Part shown: one piece after another, positions 19,172-27,892 of the stretch
How positions within the stretch are numbered: the stretch's first letter is position 1
Layout: each line of letters begins with the position of its first letter
DNA from: Escherichia coli O127:H6
Lineage (GTDB): Bacteria > Pseudomonadota > Gammaproteobacteria > Enterobacterales > Enterobacteriaceae
Assembly (NCBI RefSeq): GCF_900149915.1
Contig: NZ_LT827011.1
Reading direction: 5' to 3' (one strand)
DNA: 32,000 nt
The notes under the pieces: generated by a model
The model's database searches: none
Told to the model about the DNA's origin: nothing
What the model saw: only the letters and a program-made list of their open reading frames with translations
Position numbers and translations under genes: made by a program

Positions 19172-19445
19172 GCTATAAACCTTTATAAATTACATAAAAA
19201 ACATTTACACCTATAAAAATAAAACGAATAAATAAAACTATAATATTATTTTATGATTTTAATTTTCCTCCAGAACTTTTCCTCCAGCACTATTTATAGG
19301 TGGTTGCACTACATTTATCATATGCTATCATGAATATGCAACATTATTACTTACATGTTATATTTTTTCCTTGTTATTTGTGTAAGAACTCACAAATAAA
19401 TTACCTATGAACACATCAGCGTTATAAGAATGACAGGACTACAAT

Positions 19446-19808
19446 ATGAATGAACAATTTTGCAAAGATCTTGCACATACGTTTGGGATAACATTGGAAG
19501 AGCAAACTGACGCCCTCGCTTTTCACGATAACGATGGTCATGAGTGGATACTTGAGTGCGCACCTCAATCAGAAATTTTGTTTTTTTATTGTTACCTATC
19601 AACCAACGAACCAGATCAAATCAATAAAATATTAGAAATAAACAACAACCGAGAAATGCTTGGTATGTTTTTCTTATCATTAAAAGACGATAAAACTTTC
19701 TTAAACATTGCATTCCCCAAAAATAAAATAGATATAACGGAATTCACTAACTTGATGGAAAACGGATATCTACTAAAAAAAGAAATAATAAAACTACTTT
19801 CACTTTGA
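19446..19808 (+). CDS. cesF: EspF chaperone CesF
   Basis: 120-aa acidic class-I chaperone-like ORF MNEQFCKDLAHTFGITLEEQTDALAFHDNDGHE..., between map and espH on the opposite strand. Confidence 0.93.
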   Translation: MNEQFCKDLAHTFGITLEEQTDALAFHDNDGHEWILECAPQSEILFFYCYLSTNEPDQINKILEINNNREMLGMFFLSLKDDKTFLNIAFPKNKIDITEFTNLMENGYLLKKEIIKLLSL

Positions 19809-19831
19809 TTTATTTGCTTTTTACTTTGGAA

Positions 19832-19878
19832 GTGATAATATGGACTGGATGGTGGCATCCATTCAGTCCATATTTCAC
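19832..19878. terminator. Long hairpin between convergent cesF and espH
   Basis: GTGA(t)AATATGGACTGGATGG ... CCATTCAGTCCATATTTCAC: about 20 bp of pairing with one bulge and one G.T, 6-nt loop. Confidence 0.5.
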
Positions 19879-20009
19879 AAAAACTACAGTGCTCTATCCT
19901 TGAAATACTAATCATTTCGCCTGCATATTCTTTTCAAAAAAATAATGAAATATCGTCCCCAGAACAGAACACATTCTGGGGAGAAAAAGAAAACAGCATA
20001 AAATAATAC

Positions 20010-20516
20010 TTAAACTGTCACACCTGATAAAGAGTTTAATGTAGTATTCTCTGGAGGGTTCACACCTTCTGTAGACTGTACGCGACGTAACAAAGAAGAG
20101 AGCCCTCTTTCAGTTAAAAAGCCTTCCAGTGCAGTGCGAGGAAACCAGGTTGAAGACAGTGGCGTAATGTGTCTCTCATTTAATTTACTTTCCAGGGCCT
20201 TCGTAACGCCTCCATACAAAAAGCTAAATATCCTTGAGAAACATCCACTTTCCTGAGTTATCTTATTTACTTTGTACACATAATTATCTTTATCTTTAAT
20301 GAAGCGGACAGCATAATCTTTTCCACGAAAATTGATAATTGAATAGTCATCAATGCCTGCAAAAACCCGGTGGTGACGCTGCTGCATGCGTGCTTTAAGT
20401 TGCAGTTCATCTACTATATCATCATTCGATATATGAAGAGTTCGGGTCAACTTATTCCATGACGCATGGCTTGTCAAAGAAGTAGTGAATGTTATACCTG
20501 ATAATGATGACGACAT
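20010..20516 (-). CDS. espH: LEE effector EspH
   Basis: 168-aa form begins MSSSLSGITFTTSLTSHASWNKL; ORF track start at 20540 adds 8 residues. Confidence 0.94.
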   Translation of the reverse strand: MSSSLSGITFTTSLTSHASWNKLTRTLHISNDDIVDELQLKARMQQRHHRVFAGIDDYSIINFRGKDYAVRFIKDKDNYVYKVNKITQESGCFSRIFSFLYGGVTKALESKLNERHITPLSSTWFPRTALEGFLTERGLSSLLRRVQSTEGVNPPENTTLNSLSGVTV

Positions 20517-20546
20517 CATACACCTCCCTATATAACGCATTCCTGA

Positions 20547-21464
20547 TTAATCACATACTACGCTAATAGTAAAATAAAAATCTTCGTTGATTTTTATAAT
20601 ACTCCCGTATGCGATTGTGGTATTATTCCGTACTAACTGGCACCCACCAAAAAGATGATATCCCGTTGAATCGATAATGTCATCTTTTTGGACATTACGC
20701 AACATATGTATATCAATATGCACTGTGCCAATCACACAATAAATGCGATTCATCACAGTCTCGCTGCTGATAGTACATAACGGATCTGCAGCCAGAACAT
20801 CCGTGACAGATAAATTATTATCGCTCAGCTTTACGGTTGCCAAAGGGTTATTAATAACAATCCAGCACCTTCTCTCTTGACTATCATCAACATGATAGAG
20901 TCTCAGACTATCACCAACTCTCAACTCTGTAACTGGATAATCAGTCCACCCAGGTACGATATAGCCATCAAAAAAAAGAGCATTAGAATGTGGAACAAAT
21001 TGCCAATTATCATTAATCAGATGTTGTAAACTTTGTACCGTTGTTTCGAGTATAATTACATTAAGTCTGTTTTCTCCATTATTATTTTCTATTACCGGAT
21101 AAACATCTTTATTTAGCATCGTAAATTGAACATCATCAACTGACACATCACCTTCCGGTAAGGCAGTCTGCATTACCCATAAGATCATGAGTTTTATCAT
21201 ATCTTCCGGTATCAGCCGGCTTTCACTATACGGGAATAACTCTTGGCACCACTGAATGAACTGTTCTTCTGATATCCAGAAACGCCCCTCATAGCCCGAG
21301 TATGTCAACGTGAAACGAATACCATGACCGCTGACCTCACGAAAATATGCATGGCAAGCATGACCTTCGGACGTAATATAGAGGCGACCGGTTCCGATAA
21401 CTGGCAACAACGGCAAATAAAAATCGTTAATTTTCATATTCAATTGTGAACTCAATGGCTTCAT
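20547..21464 (-). CDS. sepQ: T3SS cytoplasmic ring (C-ring/sorting platform) protein SepQ/EscQ (SctQ)
   Basis: 305-aa ORF with C-terminal SPOA-like segment; LEE3 order. Start may be MKPLSSQ (21464) or MKINDFY (21437). Confidence 0.92.
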   Translation of the reverse strand: MKPLSSQLNMKINDFYLPLLPVIGTGRLYITSEGHACHAYFREVSGHGIRFTLTYSGYEGRFWISEEQFIQWCQELFPYSESRLIPEDMIKLMILWVMQTALPEGDVSVDDVQFTMLNKDVYPVIENNNGENRLNVIILETTVQSLQHLINDNWQFVPHSNALFFDGYIVPGWTDYPVTELRVGDSLRLYHVDDSQERRCWIVINNPLATVKLSDNNLSVTDVLAADPLCTISSETVMNRIYCVIGTVHIDIHMLRNVQKDDIIDSTGYHLFGGCQLVRNNTTIAYGSIIKINEDFYFTISVVCD

Positions 21465-21843
21465 CAGGAAAGATTTCTTTTAACTTATCGAAAACATAGT
21501 CTTTTTTATGATATAAAAAAACATGATTTCTATTATTTTGGCTTATTTTAATAGACAGATAAATGATTCCGTTACTACATTTAATTGTTAAAACAACTCC
21601 TCGTAATCTTCCACAAAGAATACTAAACGAGTGCTCCCCTTCTTCAAAGTAGCGTCGTCTTCGGCCCGAGGAGTAAAACAATCTCTTCCATAAAGAAGCC
21701 ATTCGTATGAACAACGTATCAGGCGATCTTTTTTTTATATGATAAAAAATATCATTAAAACTTTCTTCTCCTTGCGGCCAATCATCTGATGGCCGAAAAG
21801 AAACAGGCTCTATCAAATTTCTTTTTAGAGAAACTCTAGTCAA
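21427..21843 (-). CDS. escP: T3SS needle-length regulator EscP (Orf16)
   Basis: 138-aa ORF between escO and sepQ in LEE3. Confidence 0.88.
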   Translation of the reverse strand: MTRVSLKRNLIEPVSFRPSDDWPQGEESFNDIFYHIKKRSPDTLFIRMASLWKRLFYSSGRRRRYFEEGEHSFSILCGRLRGVVLTIKCSNGIIYLSIKISQNNRNHVFLYHKKDYVFDKLKEIFPDEAIEFTIEYEN

Positions 21844-22213
21844 AGTAATGTTCCTTTATGGCAAAAGATAATTTTTCTACTGATTTATTAACATGTTGCA
21901 GATTCTCTTTTGTTCGTTTTTGTGAATCTAGCAATGAACGCTTTTCCTTCGAAAGTGAAGATTTTTTCTCATACAATCGCTGCTTTTGCTCATCAAATGC
22001 ATTGTTTTTAATCTGATATTTATACAACGACACTTTATCCAAATTCACCAGCGATGCACAATACGCCTGCTTAGAGGCAATCGACTCTTTAATGGATTGC
22101 TCGCAGTCATCGAGTTTACCATCCACCTCTTTTATCTGAGAGTTAATCTTAGCCATTGATTCTCTCAATCGGTTCGCTCTGCTTTTACGAATAGATAAAA
22201 TTCTGTCCAACAT
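21836..22213 (-). CDS. escO: T3SS ATPase-associated stalk protein EscO (Orf15)
   Basis: 125-aa highly charged coiled-coil ORF directly downstream of escN (SctO position). Confidence 0.9.
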   Translation of the reverse strand: MLDRILSIRKSRANRLRESMAKINSQIKEVDGKLDDCEQSIKESIASKQAYCASLVNLDKVSLYKYQIKNNAFDEQKQRLYEKKSSLSKEKRSLLDSQKRTKENLQHVNKSVEKLSFAIKEHYFD

Positions 22214-22215
22214 AC

Positions 22216-23556
22216 TCAGGCAACCACTTTGAATAGGCTTTCAATCGTTTTTTCGTAACTACTGATATCTTTGGTGCTTTGTTGTATAAAGTTCTGAATT
22301 AATTTCCTATTTTTTATTGCCTTATCTGCTTCAGGATCTTGCCCCATCGTGTACTCACCAATACGAATAAGCAGCTCAACATTTTTATAAGTTGCAATAA
22401 GCTTTTTGCATTCTGCCGCCGCACGCAAATGCTCCGATGTAACAACGTTATGCATAACACGACTGGCACTTAAACCAATATCAATTGCAGGGAAATGGTT
22501 TTCCTCTGCAAGTTCTCGGGTAAGTACGATGTGCCCATCAAGAATAGAGCGGACTTCATCGCCAATAGGATCATTAACATTATCGCTTTCTAACAACACC
22601 GTATAAATCGCGGTTATTGAACCTTTTGGCGCAGGCCCCGCTCGCTCTAATAATTTGGGTAACGAAGAAAAAACACTCGGAGGGAATCCCCCCCTTACAT
22701 CAGGCTCTCCCGATGCAAGCCCAACATCACGCGCGGCTCGGGCATAACGAGTTACAGAATCCATCATTAATAATACATTTTTACCTTGATCGCGGAAGTA
22801 CTCTGCAATAGTCGTCGCCGTAAATGCGGCTTTCATCCTTTCCAGCGCGGGGCGGTCTGACGTTGTGACGACCAGCACACATTTAGAAAGCGTGGATTGA
22901 GGTAAAAGCGCGAGGAATTCATTTACTTCGCGACCACGTTCGCCGATAAGAGCAAGGACAATAATATCTGCGGATGCGCCATTACAAATCATCCCCAAAA
23001 GCGTACTTTTACCAACGCCTGAACCAGCAAAAATACCGATACGCTGCCCAATACCGCAAGTTAGTAGCCCATCAATTGCCCTGACGCCAAGTATAAATGG
23101 CTGATCAATAACCTGCCTTAATAAAGGATCTGGTGGTTCAGCATACAAGCTGCGTTCAAACGGAAGATAGGGGGCAACAATATTACTCTCCATTGGTCTG
23201 CCTATGCCATCAATAAGCCGCCCAAGTAGTGCGTCTCCAACACGAATCTTGAACTCATCCCCCTGATAACTTAACCACTGACCACAGTACATGCCGGAAA
23301 CATGCTCAAAAGGCAACAAGAAAACCTCATCTTCATCAATAGCGATCACCTCGGCTAAACGTTGACTGGGTTCTATCTTGTAAAAGGCGCCAATACGCGC
23401 TTTTGGTAAACGCGCCTTAATAATCGTCCCGCCGATATTGATAATCTTGCCTTCATATCTGGTAGACGAATTTAATGATAATGCCGGCACAGTGCTATTG
23501 AGCACTTTCTGAATACGTGGGTATTTTTCCAATACAGAATCATGCTCTGAAATCAT
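22216..23556 (-). CDS. escN: T3SS ATPase EscN (SctN)
   Basis: 446-aa ORF with Walker A GIFAGSGVGKST and Walker B-type VLLMMDSVTR motifs. Confidence 0.98.
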   Translation of the reverse strand: MISEHDSVLEKYPRIQKVLNSTVPALSLNSSTRYEGKIINIGGTIIKARLPKARIGAFYKIEPSQRLAEVIAIDEDEVFLLPFEHVSGMYCGQWLSYQGDEFKIRVGDALLGRLIDGIGRPMESNIVAPYLPFERSLYAEPPDPLLRQVIDQPFILGVRAIDGLLTCGIGQRIGIFAGSGVGKSTLLGMICNGASADIIVLALIGERGREVNEFLALLPQSTLSKCVLVVTTSDRPALERMKAAFTATTIAEYFRDQGKNVLLMMDSVTRYARAARDVGLASGEPDVRGGFPPSVFSSLPKLLERAGPAPKGSITAIYTVLLESDNVNDPIGDEVRSILDGHIVLTRELAEENHFPAIDIGLSASRVMHNVVTSEHLRAAAECKKLIATYKNVELLIRIGEYTMGQDPEADKAIKNRKLIQNFIQQSTKDISSYEKTIESLFKVVA

Positions 23557-25567
23557 TTACCGTTCCTAATACTTTAAGTTCGATATTATTCCCAACCTCC
23601 TGAAAAGAGAGCACGGGGACTGACGGGAACGAACCTTCAATCATTTTCTTCACATAGCGCCTGATATCTAAAGCGGTCAGAATGACGCCGTTCCCCGTTG
23701 GATTCATGATATTTTTTAAGAAGCCAATTATCTGCTCAGTTCGCTCCGGTGAGATATTCAGATACGAACCTGATGACGTTTGTCTGATCGACTCTCGTAG
23801 CTCATTTTCAATATCAGAGCCAATAAGCCAAACGTTCAGAAGTGTACCGCTAACGCTATAGCGACCTAAAATATGCCGACGCAGGGCGATACGAACGTAT
23901 TCGCACAAGATAACCACATCCTTTTCTTTTGTTGACCAAAAAATAAGCGTCTCAAAGATAGTTCTCAGATCTCTAATTGAGACATTTTCCTCTACGAGAC
24001 GTTGTAGAATGTCAACAATTTTGCTCAAACCAAGCTGGCGCTGCAGCTCTTTCACAAGCTCGTTATATTTTCTCTCCATGATGTCCATCAAATAACGCGT
24101 TTCTTGTACGCCGATGAACTCTTTGGCATTAGACAATACAAGTTTCTTTAGCAAAAACGTTATCTTATCATTTGTTGTTGCATAAACATCCATACCTGTA
24201 AGGTGAGCGAGTTGTTGATTAGTCTTATTCGTCTTATATACGATAGAGTTAGTCGAAAGCTTTTCCTGGACAAATTCGAATGATATCTCTGCATGCCCAG
24301 CCTCAAAATAGACAGTATCATCTATAAGAGTATCTTTGTATATTGACTCTTGATAGAGCAAAAATTCTATTGCGCTATCATTATTTTTAACCGGATTAAC
24401 AATAATCTTAGGCAATGGAATTCCACTTTCCTCAAAGAAATTCCAACGCATGACCTCAATTTGCTGTGTAATGTCTGAACTATAAATATTACTACTTAAG
24501 TTTAAAATCAATGGCTCAGCGCCCGGTGAGATGTTTTGGCTATTAGACAAATCAGCTCCCATAGCATCCTTATTATTGCCAGCTCCAAATGTTCTTTTCT
24601 TCTGTAATTTCCAGGCTATCCCCAACAGGCAAACCGCCAGAAATAAGAAGACCAATGTAGGAAAGCCCGGAATAATCGCCATTACGAGCATTAGTGCGGC
24701 ACTGATTAAAAAAGGGCGACTATTAACAGAAACCTGTTGAACAATATCACCTGCAAGGTTTTCTTCTTTTTCGCTTTCACCGGGCACACGAGTAACAACC
24801 ACGCCCGCGGTGACAGAAATAATAAGCGCAGGGATCTGGGCAACCAAAGCATCACCGACAGACAATACAGAAAACAGGCTAAGTGCCTCACTAAATGGCA
24901 TGTCAAATTGCCACATACCAATGAGCACGCCACCAAAAAGGTTAACTAAAACAATAATGATACCAGCAATAGCGTCCCCTTTTACAAACTTCATCGCCCC
25001 GTCCATTGAACCATAAAACTGGCTTTCCTTTTGCACTCGGGAGCGAAGAACTTTTGCCTCAAGCGGGTCAATAACGCCTGCGCGCATATCACCATCAATA
25101 CTCATTTGCTTTCCTGGCATACCATCAAGGGAAAAACGAGCACTCACTTCAGCAACACGCTCGGCCCCTTTTGTAATAACCATAAATTGAACAATGGTGA
25201 TAATAGTAAAAATAACCAGGCCAACAACAATATTACCGCCAACAACAAAGTTACCGAAGGAGTAAATAATGTCACCCGCATCGTGATGCAGCAGAATAAG
25301 TCTGGTTGTACTAACACTGAGCGACAGGCGCATCAACGTCGTAATCAACAGGATTGTGGGGAAAGAAGTTAGTTCAAGAGGATTTTTTATATAGATTGAG
25401 AGCATTAATAAAAGTAAAGCTGTCGAAATATTAATCGCGATAATGATATCCACCACAACTGTTGGTAGTGGAATAATCATCATCATTACAGCCATAAAGA
25501 AGAAGAGAGCCAGAATAAGATCGTGATATGACTCTGCTTTTTTAAATATATTTAAGAGTTTATTCAT
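23540..25567 (-). CDS. escV: T3SS export gate protein EscV (SctV)
   Basis: 675-aa ORF with FHIPEP-family hallmarks (VVGGNIVVGLVIFTIITIVQFMVITKGAERVAEVSARFSLDGMPGKQMSID). Confidence 0.98.
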   Translation of the reverse strand: MNKLLNIFKKAESYHDLILALFFFMAVMMMIIPLPTVVVDIIIAINISTALLLLMLSIYIKNPLELTSFPTILLITTLMRLSLSVSTTRLILLHHDAGDIIYSFGNFVVGGNIVVGLVIFTIITIVQFMVITKGAERVAEVSARFSLDGMPGKQMSIDGDMRAGVIDPLEAKVLRSRVQKESQFYGSMDGAMKFVKGDAIAGIIIVLVNLFGGVLIGMWQFDMPFSEALSLFSVLSVGDALVAQIPALIISVTAGVVVTRVPGESEKEENLAGDIVQQVSVNSRPFLISAALMLVMAIIPGFPTLVFLFLAVCLLGIAWKLQKKRTFGAGNNKDAMGADLSNSQNISPGAEPLILNLSSNIYSSDITQQIEVMRWNFFEESGIPLPKIIVNPVKNNDSAIEFLLYQESIYKDTLIDDTVYFEAGHAEISFEFVQEKLSTNSIVYKTNKTNQQLAHLTGMDVYATTNDKITFLLKKLVLSNAKEFIGVQETRYLMDIMERKYNELVKELQRQLGLSKIVDILQRLVEENVSIRDLRTIFETLIFWSTKEKDVVILCEYVRIALRRHILGRYSVSGTLLNVWLIGSDIENELRESIRQTSSGSYLNISPERTEQIIGFLKNIMNPTGNGVILTALDIRRYVKKMIEGSFPSVPVLSFQEVGNNIELKVLGTVNDFRA

Positions 25568-25917
25568 GATGTCATCCTGCGAACGCGCTCAATAATCTGC
25601 ACATGCTGTTGAAAAGTATTCATTAGAAAAAAAACATCGATATTGGTTAACAAACAACTTAAGCACAATTTATTATCGTAGACAAAAATATGTTCAATCA
25701 CTCCCTGCGTACGCTCAGGAGCAAGGGCACTAAAGAAAGAGAAAAATGCGTTTTCGTTATACTCTAAAGCAAACGTAACAAAAACATTATTATCAATTAT
25801 TTCAATAAAAAAAGAAAACCCATTAAAATCAATTTCAACACGGTTATCAAATAAATAAAAATCATTTCCCAACAATCTTAAAAACTCTTCAACATTTCTT
25901 TTAACTAAAAGATTCAT
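25564..25917 (-). CDS. mpc: LEE regulator Mpc (Orf12)
   Basis: 117-aa ORF, first gene of LEE3, overlapping escV start by 4 nt. Confidence 0.88.
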   Translation of the reverse strand: MNLLVKRNVEEFLRLLGNDFYLFDNRVEIDFNGFSFFIEIIDNNVFVTFALEYNENAFFSFFSALAPERTQGVIEHIFVYDNKLCLSCLLTNIDVFFLMNTFQQHVQIIERVRRMTS

Positions 25918-26101
25918 CTGCAGGCTCTGAAGTAAGTATACGTGTGAATATTATTGCTTGAAAAAGCGTATTGGATAATATATACAGTATATGTACTTTA
26001 TGTACATTGCAACTATTTAAATAATATAATAGTTGCCTATGGGATAATTTGGTTATTTATAACCAGGTAAATGTCTAAATTAGACAAAAGGAGAAAGATC
26101 A
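25918..26101. promoter_or_regulatory. Divergent LEE2/LEE3 promoter region
   Basis: Intergenic region between head-to-head mpc (-) and espZ (+), AT-rich, with a TATAAT near 26025 inside a palindrome (GCAACTATT...AATAGTTGC). Confidence 0.75.
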
Positions 26102-26398
26102 ATGGAAGCAGCAAATTTAAGCCCTTCTGGTGCAGTATTACCACTGGCAGCCACAATCAATGGAAATAATCCAGTGGATGAGAAGACAGGGGTGATGCAG
26201 TCAGAAGGTGGAACAAGTCGCAGCGTTAGAATCCTGGGTGGAGTTTTAATAGGTGCAGGTGTTCTAGCCGCTATCGGTACTGGTATCGCAGCAATGTGTG
26301 TTGACGACCCTTCACAAAGATTAGGCTTAGGAATCGCAGCCGGTGTATTAGGTGGCGTAACTACTGTTGCCGGCGGATTAGCGATGAAATATGCCTAA
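26102..26398 (+). CDS. espZ: Effector EspZ (SepZ)
   Basis: 98-aa ORF MEAANLSPSGAVLPLAATINGNNPVD..., two hydrophobic segments; first gene of LEE2. Confidence 0.95.
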   Translation: MEAANLSPSGAVLPLAATINGNNPVDEKTGVMQSEGGTSRSVRILGGVLIGAGVLAAIGTGIAAMCVDDPSQRLGLGIAAGVLGGVTTVAGGLAMKYA

Positions 26399-26427
26399 TC
26401 ATCGCATCGCATAAAAATAGAGAGGTA

Positions 26428-26856
26428 ATGGATGCATTATGCTATTGCCTCTCTCATGAAAAGAGACTAACAGTAAATATGAATAATATTAATCAATCGG
26501 AAAACATTAATATTCAGTTAAATAAAGCATCCCAAACAAATGTCGTTGATGAGCATATCCCGTTAGCATCAACCCCCTCTGCAGCCGGAGCGGCTCAGTT
26601 TCTTGATCAATTACTCCCTAAAACGGCGGGAGTGTCTTCCCCAGAACAAGTGTTGATTGAGGAAATTAAAAAGCGACATCTTGCAACAATGAACACCGAT
26701 CTCAGTTTCGATGCACTATCTGCAGGTGGGCTCTCGCCCGAAGATGTACTCACTTTACAAAAGAATGTGCTCAACGCAAACGTCAATGTTGATGTCGTAT
26801 CTAAGTTAGCAAGCCTCCTTTCAACATCGGTTACAAAATTAGTTTCGATGCAATAA
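26428..26856 (+). CDS. escI: T3SS inner rod protein EscI (rOrf8)
   Basis: 142-aa ORF; internal alternative start MNNINQSENI at 26479 (125 aa). Position between espZ and escJ. Confidence 0.88.
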   Translation: MDALCYCLSHEKRLTVNMNNINQSENINIQLNKASQTNVVDEHIPLASTPSAAGAAQFLDQLLPKTAGVSSPEQVLIEEIKKRHLATMNTDLSFDALSAGGLSPEDVLTLQKNVLNANVNVDVVSKLASLLSTSVTKLVSMQ

Positions 26857-26858
26857 AA

Positions 26859-27431
26859 ATGAAAAAACACATTAAAAACCTTTTTTTATTGGCTGCTATT
26901 TGTTTGACAGTGGCATGTAAAGAGCAATTGTATACAGGATTAACAGAAAAAGAAGCTAATCAGATGCAAGCACTGTTGCTATCCAATGATGTCAATGTTT
27001 CCAAAGAAATGGACAAAAGTGGAAATATGACACTCAGTGTGGAAAAAGAGGATTTTGTTCGCGCAATAACGATTTTAAATAATAACGGCTTCCCGAAAAA
27101 GAAATTTGCAGATATCGAGGTTATTTTCCCACCCAGCCAGTTAGTGGCATCGCCATCACAAGAAAATGCAAAAATCAACTATCTCAAAGAACAAGACATC
27201 GAAAGGTTGCTAAGTAAAATACCCGGTGTTATCGATTGCAGCGTTTCATTAAATGTTAACAATAACGAAAGTCAACCATCCTCAGCAGCCGTTTTAGTCA
27301 TCAGCTCGCCAGAGGTTAACTTAGCACCATCGGTCATTCAGATAAAAAACCTGGTTAAGAATAGTGTCGACGATCTCAAATTAGAAAATATTAGTGTTGT
27401 TATCAAGTCATCCTCAGGACAGGACGGGTAA
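26859..27431 (+). CDS. escJ: T3SS inner-membrane ring lipoprotein EscJ (SctJ)
   Basis: 190-aa ORF with lipoprotein signal (LAAICLTVAC) and YscJ/FliF-like sequence (LYTGLTEKEANQMQALLLSNDV). Confidence 0.97.
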   Translation: MKKHIKNLFLLAAICLTVACKEQLYTGLTEKEANQMQALLLSNDVNVSKEMDKSGNMTLSVEKEDFVRAITILNNNGFPKKKFADIEVIFPPSQLVASPSQENAKINYLKEQDIERLLSKIPGVIDCSVSLNVNNNESQPSSAAVLVISSPEVNLAPSVIQIKNLVKNSVDDLKLENISVVIKSSSGQDG

Positions 27432-27436
27432 TATGT

Positions 27437-27892
27437 ATGAACAATAATAATGGCATAGCAAAGAATGATTGTGACTGGCTAACGGCCCTTGATTTTGTAA
27501 AGGATGTCAACGGTTCACCAACGCATCTCACTTTTTATATCTACCAAAAAAATGCTTTCTTGCACGATTTTGGAAACTACTGGGTTCTATATATCGAGCT
27601 TAGTGGTGATTTTCGTCAGATTCCAACAGATACATTTATCAGACTCTGCAATATCCTGGCCGTTAGTAAAGAATATAAACAAATGGGTATTTTCCTGTCT
27701 AATAAGAAGTGGTATCTTTGCCAAATTTTTCATAAAGATAATAATCATCGCGCAAACATGTCAAAAGCAATAATGCAACATACTCTCGCCTCGTTGCTCG
27801 ACAAGCAATTTGATAAACTAGAGCAATCATCTTCATCAGATACAATGATGCCGCCAACACACTTGTTTTCTGATATAGGACGAATTGTGTAA
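27437..27892 (+). CDS. sepD: T3SS switch protein SepD
   Basis: 151-aa ORF between escJ and escC. Confidence 0.94.
   Translation: MNNNNGIAKNDCDWLTALDFVKDVNGSPTHLTFYIYQKNAFLHDFGNYWVLYIELSGDFRQIPTDTFIRLCNILAVSKEYKQMGIFLSNKKWYLCQIFHKDNNHRANMSKAIMQHTLASLLDKQFDKLEQSSSSDTMMPPTHLFSDIGRIV

Noticed and set aside
19405-19915. Reverse ORFs (65 and 99 aa) overlapping cesF
   Set aside because: cesF on the plus strand is the recognisable chaperone; the reverse frames look like chance antisense ORFs.
24531-25372. ORFs antisense to escV (69, 68 and 113 aa)
   Set aside because: They shadow conserved FHIPEP-family coding sequence.
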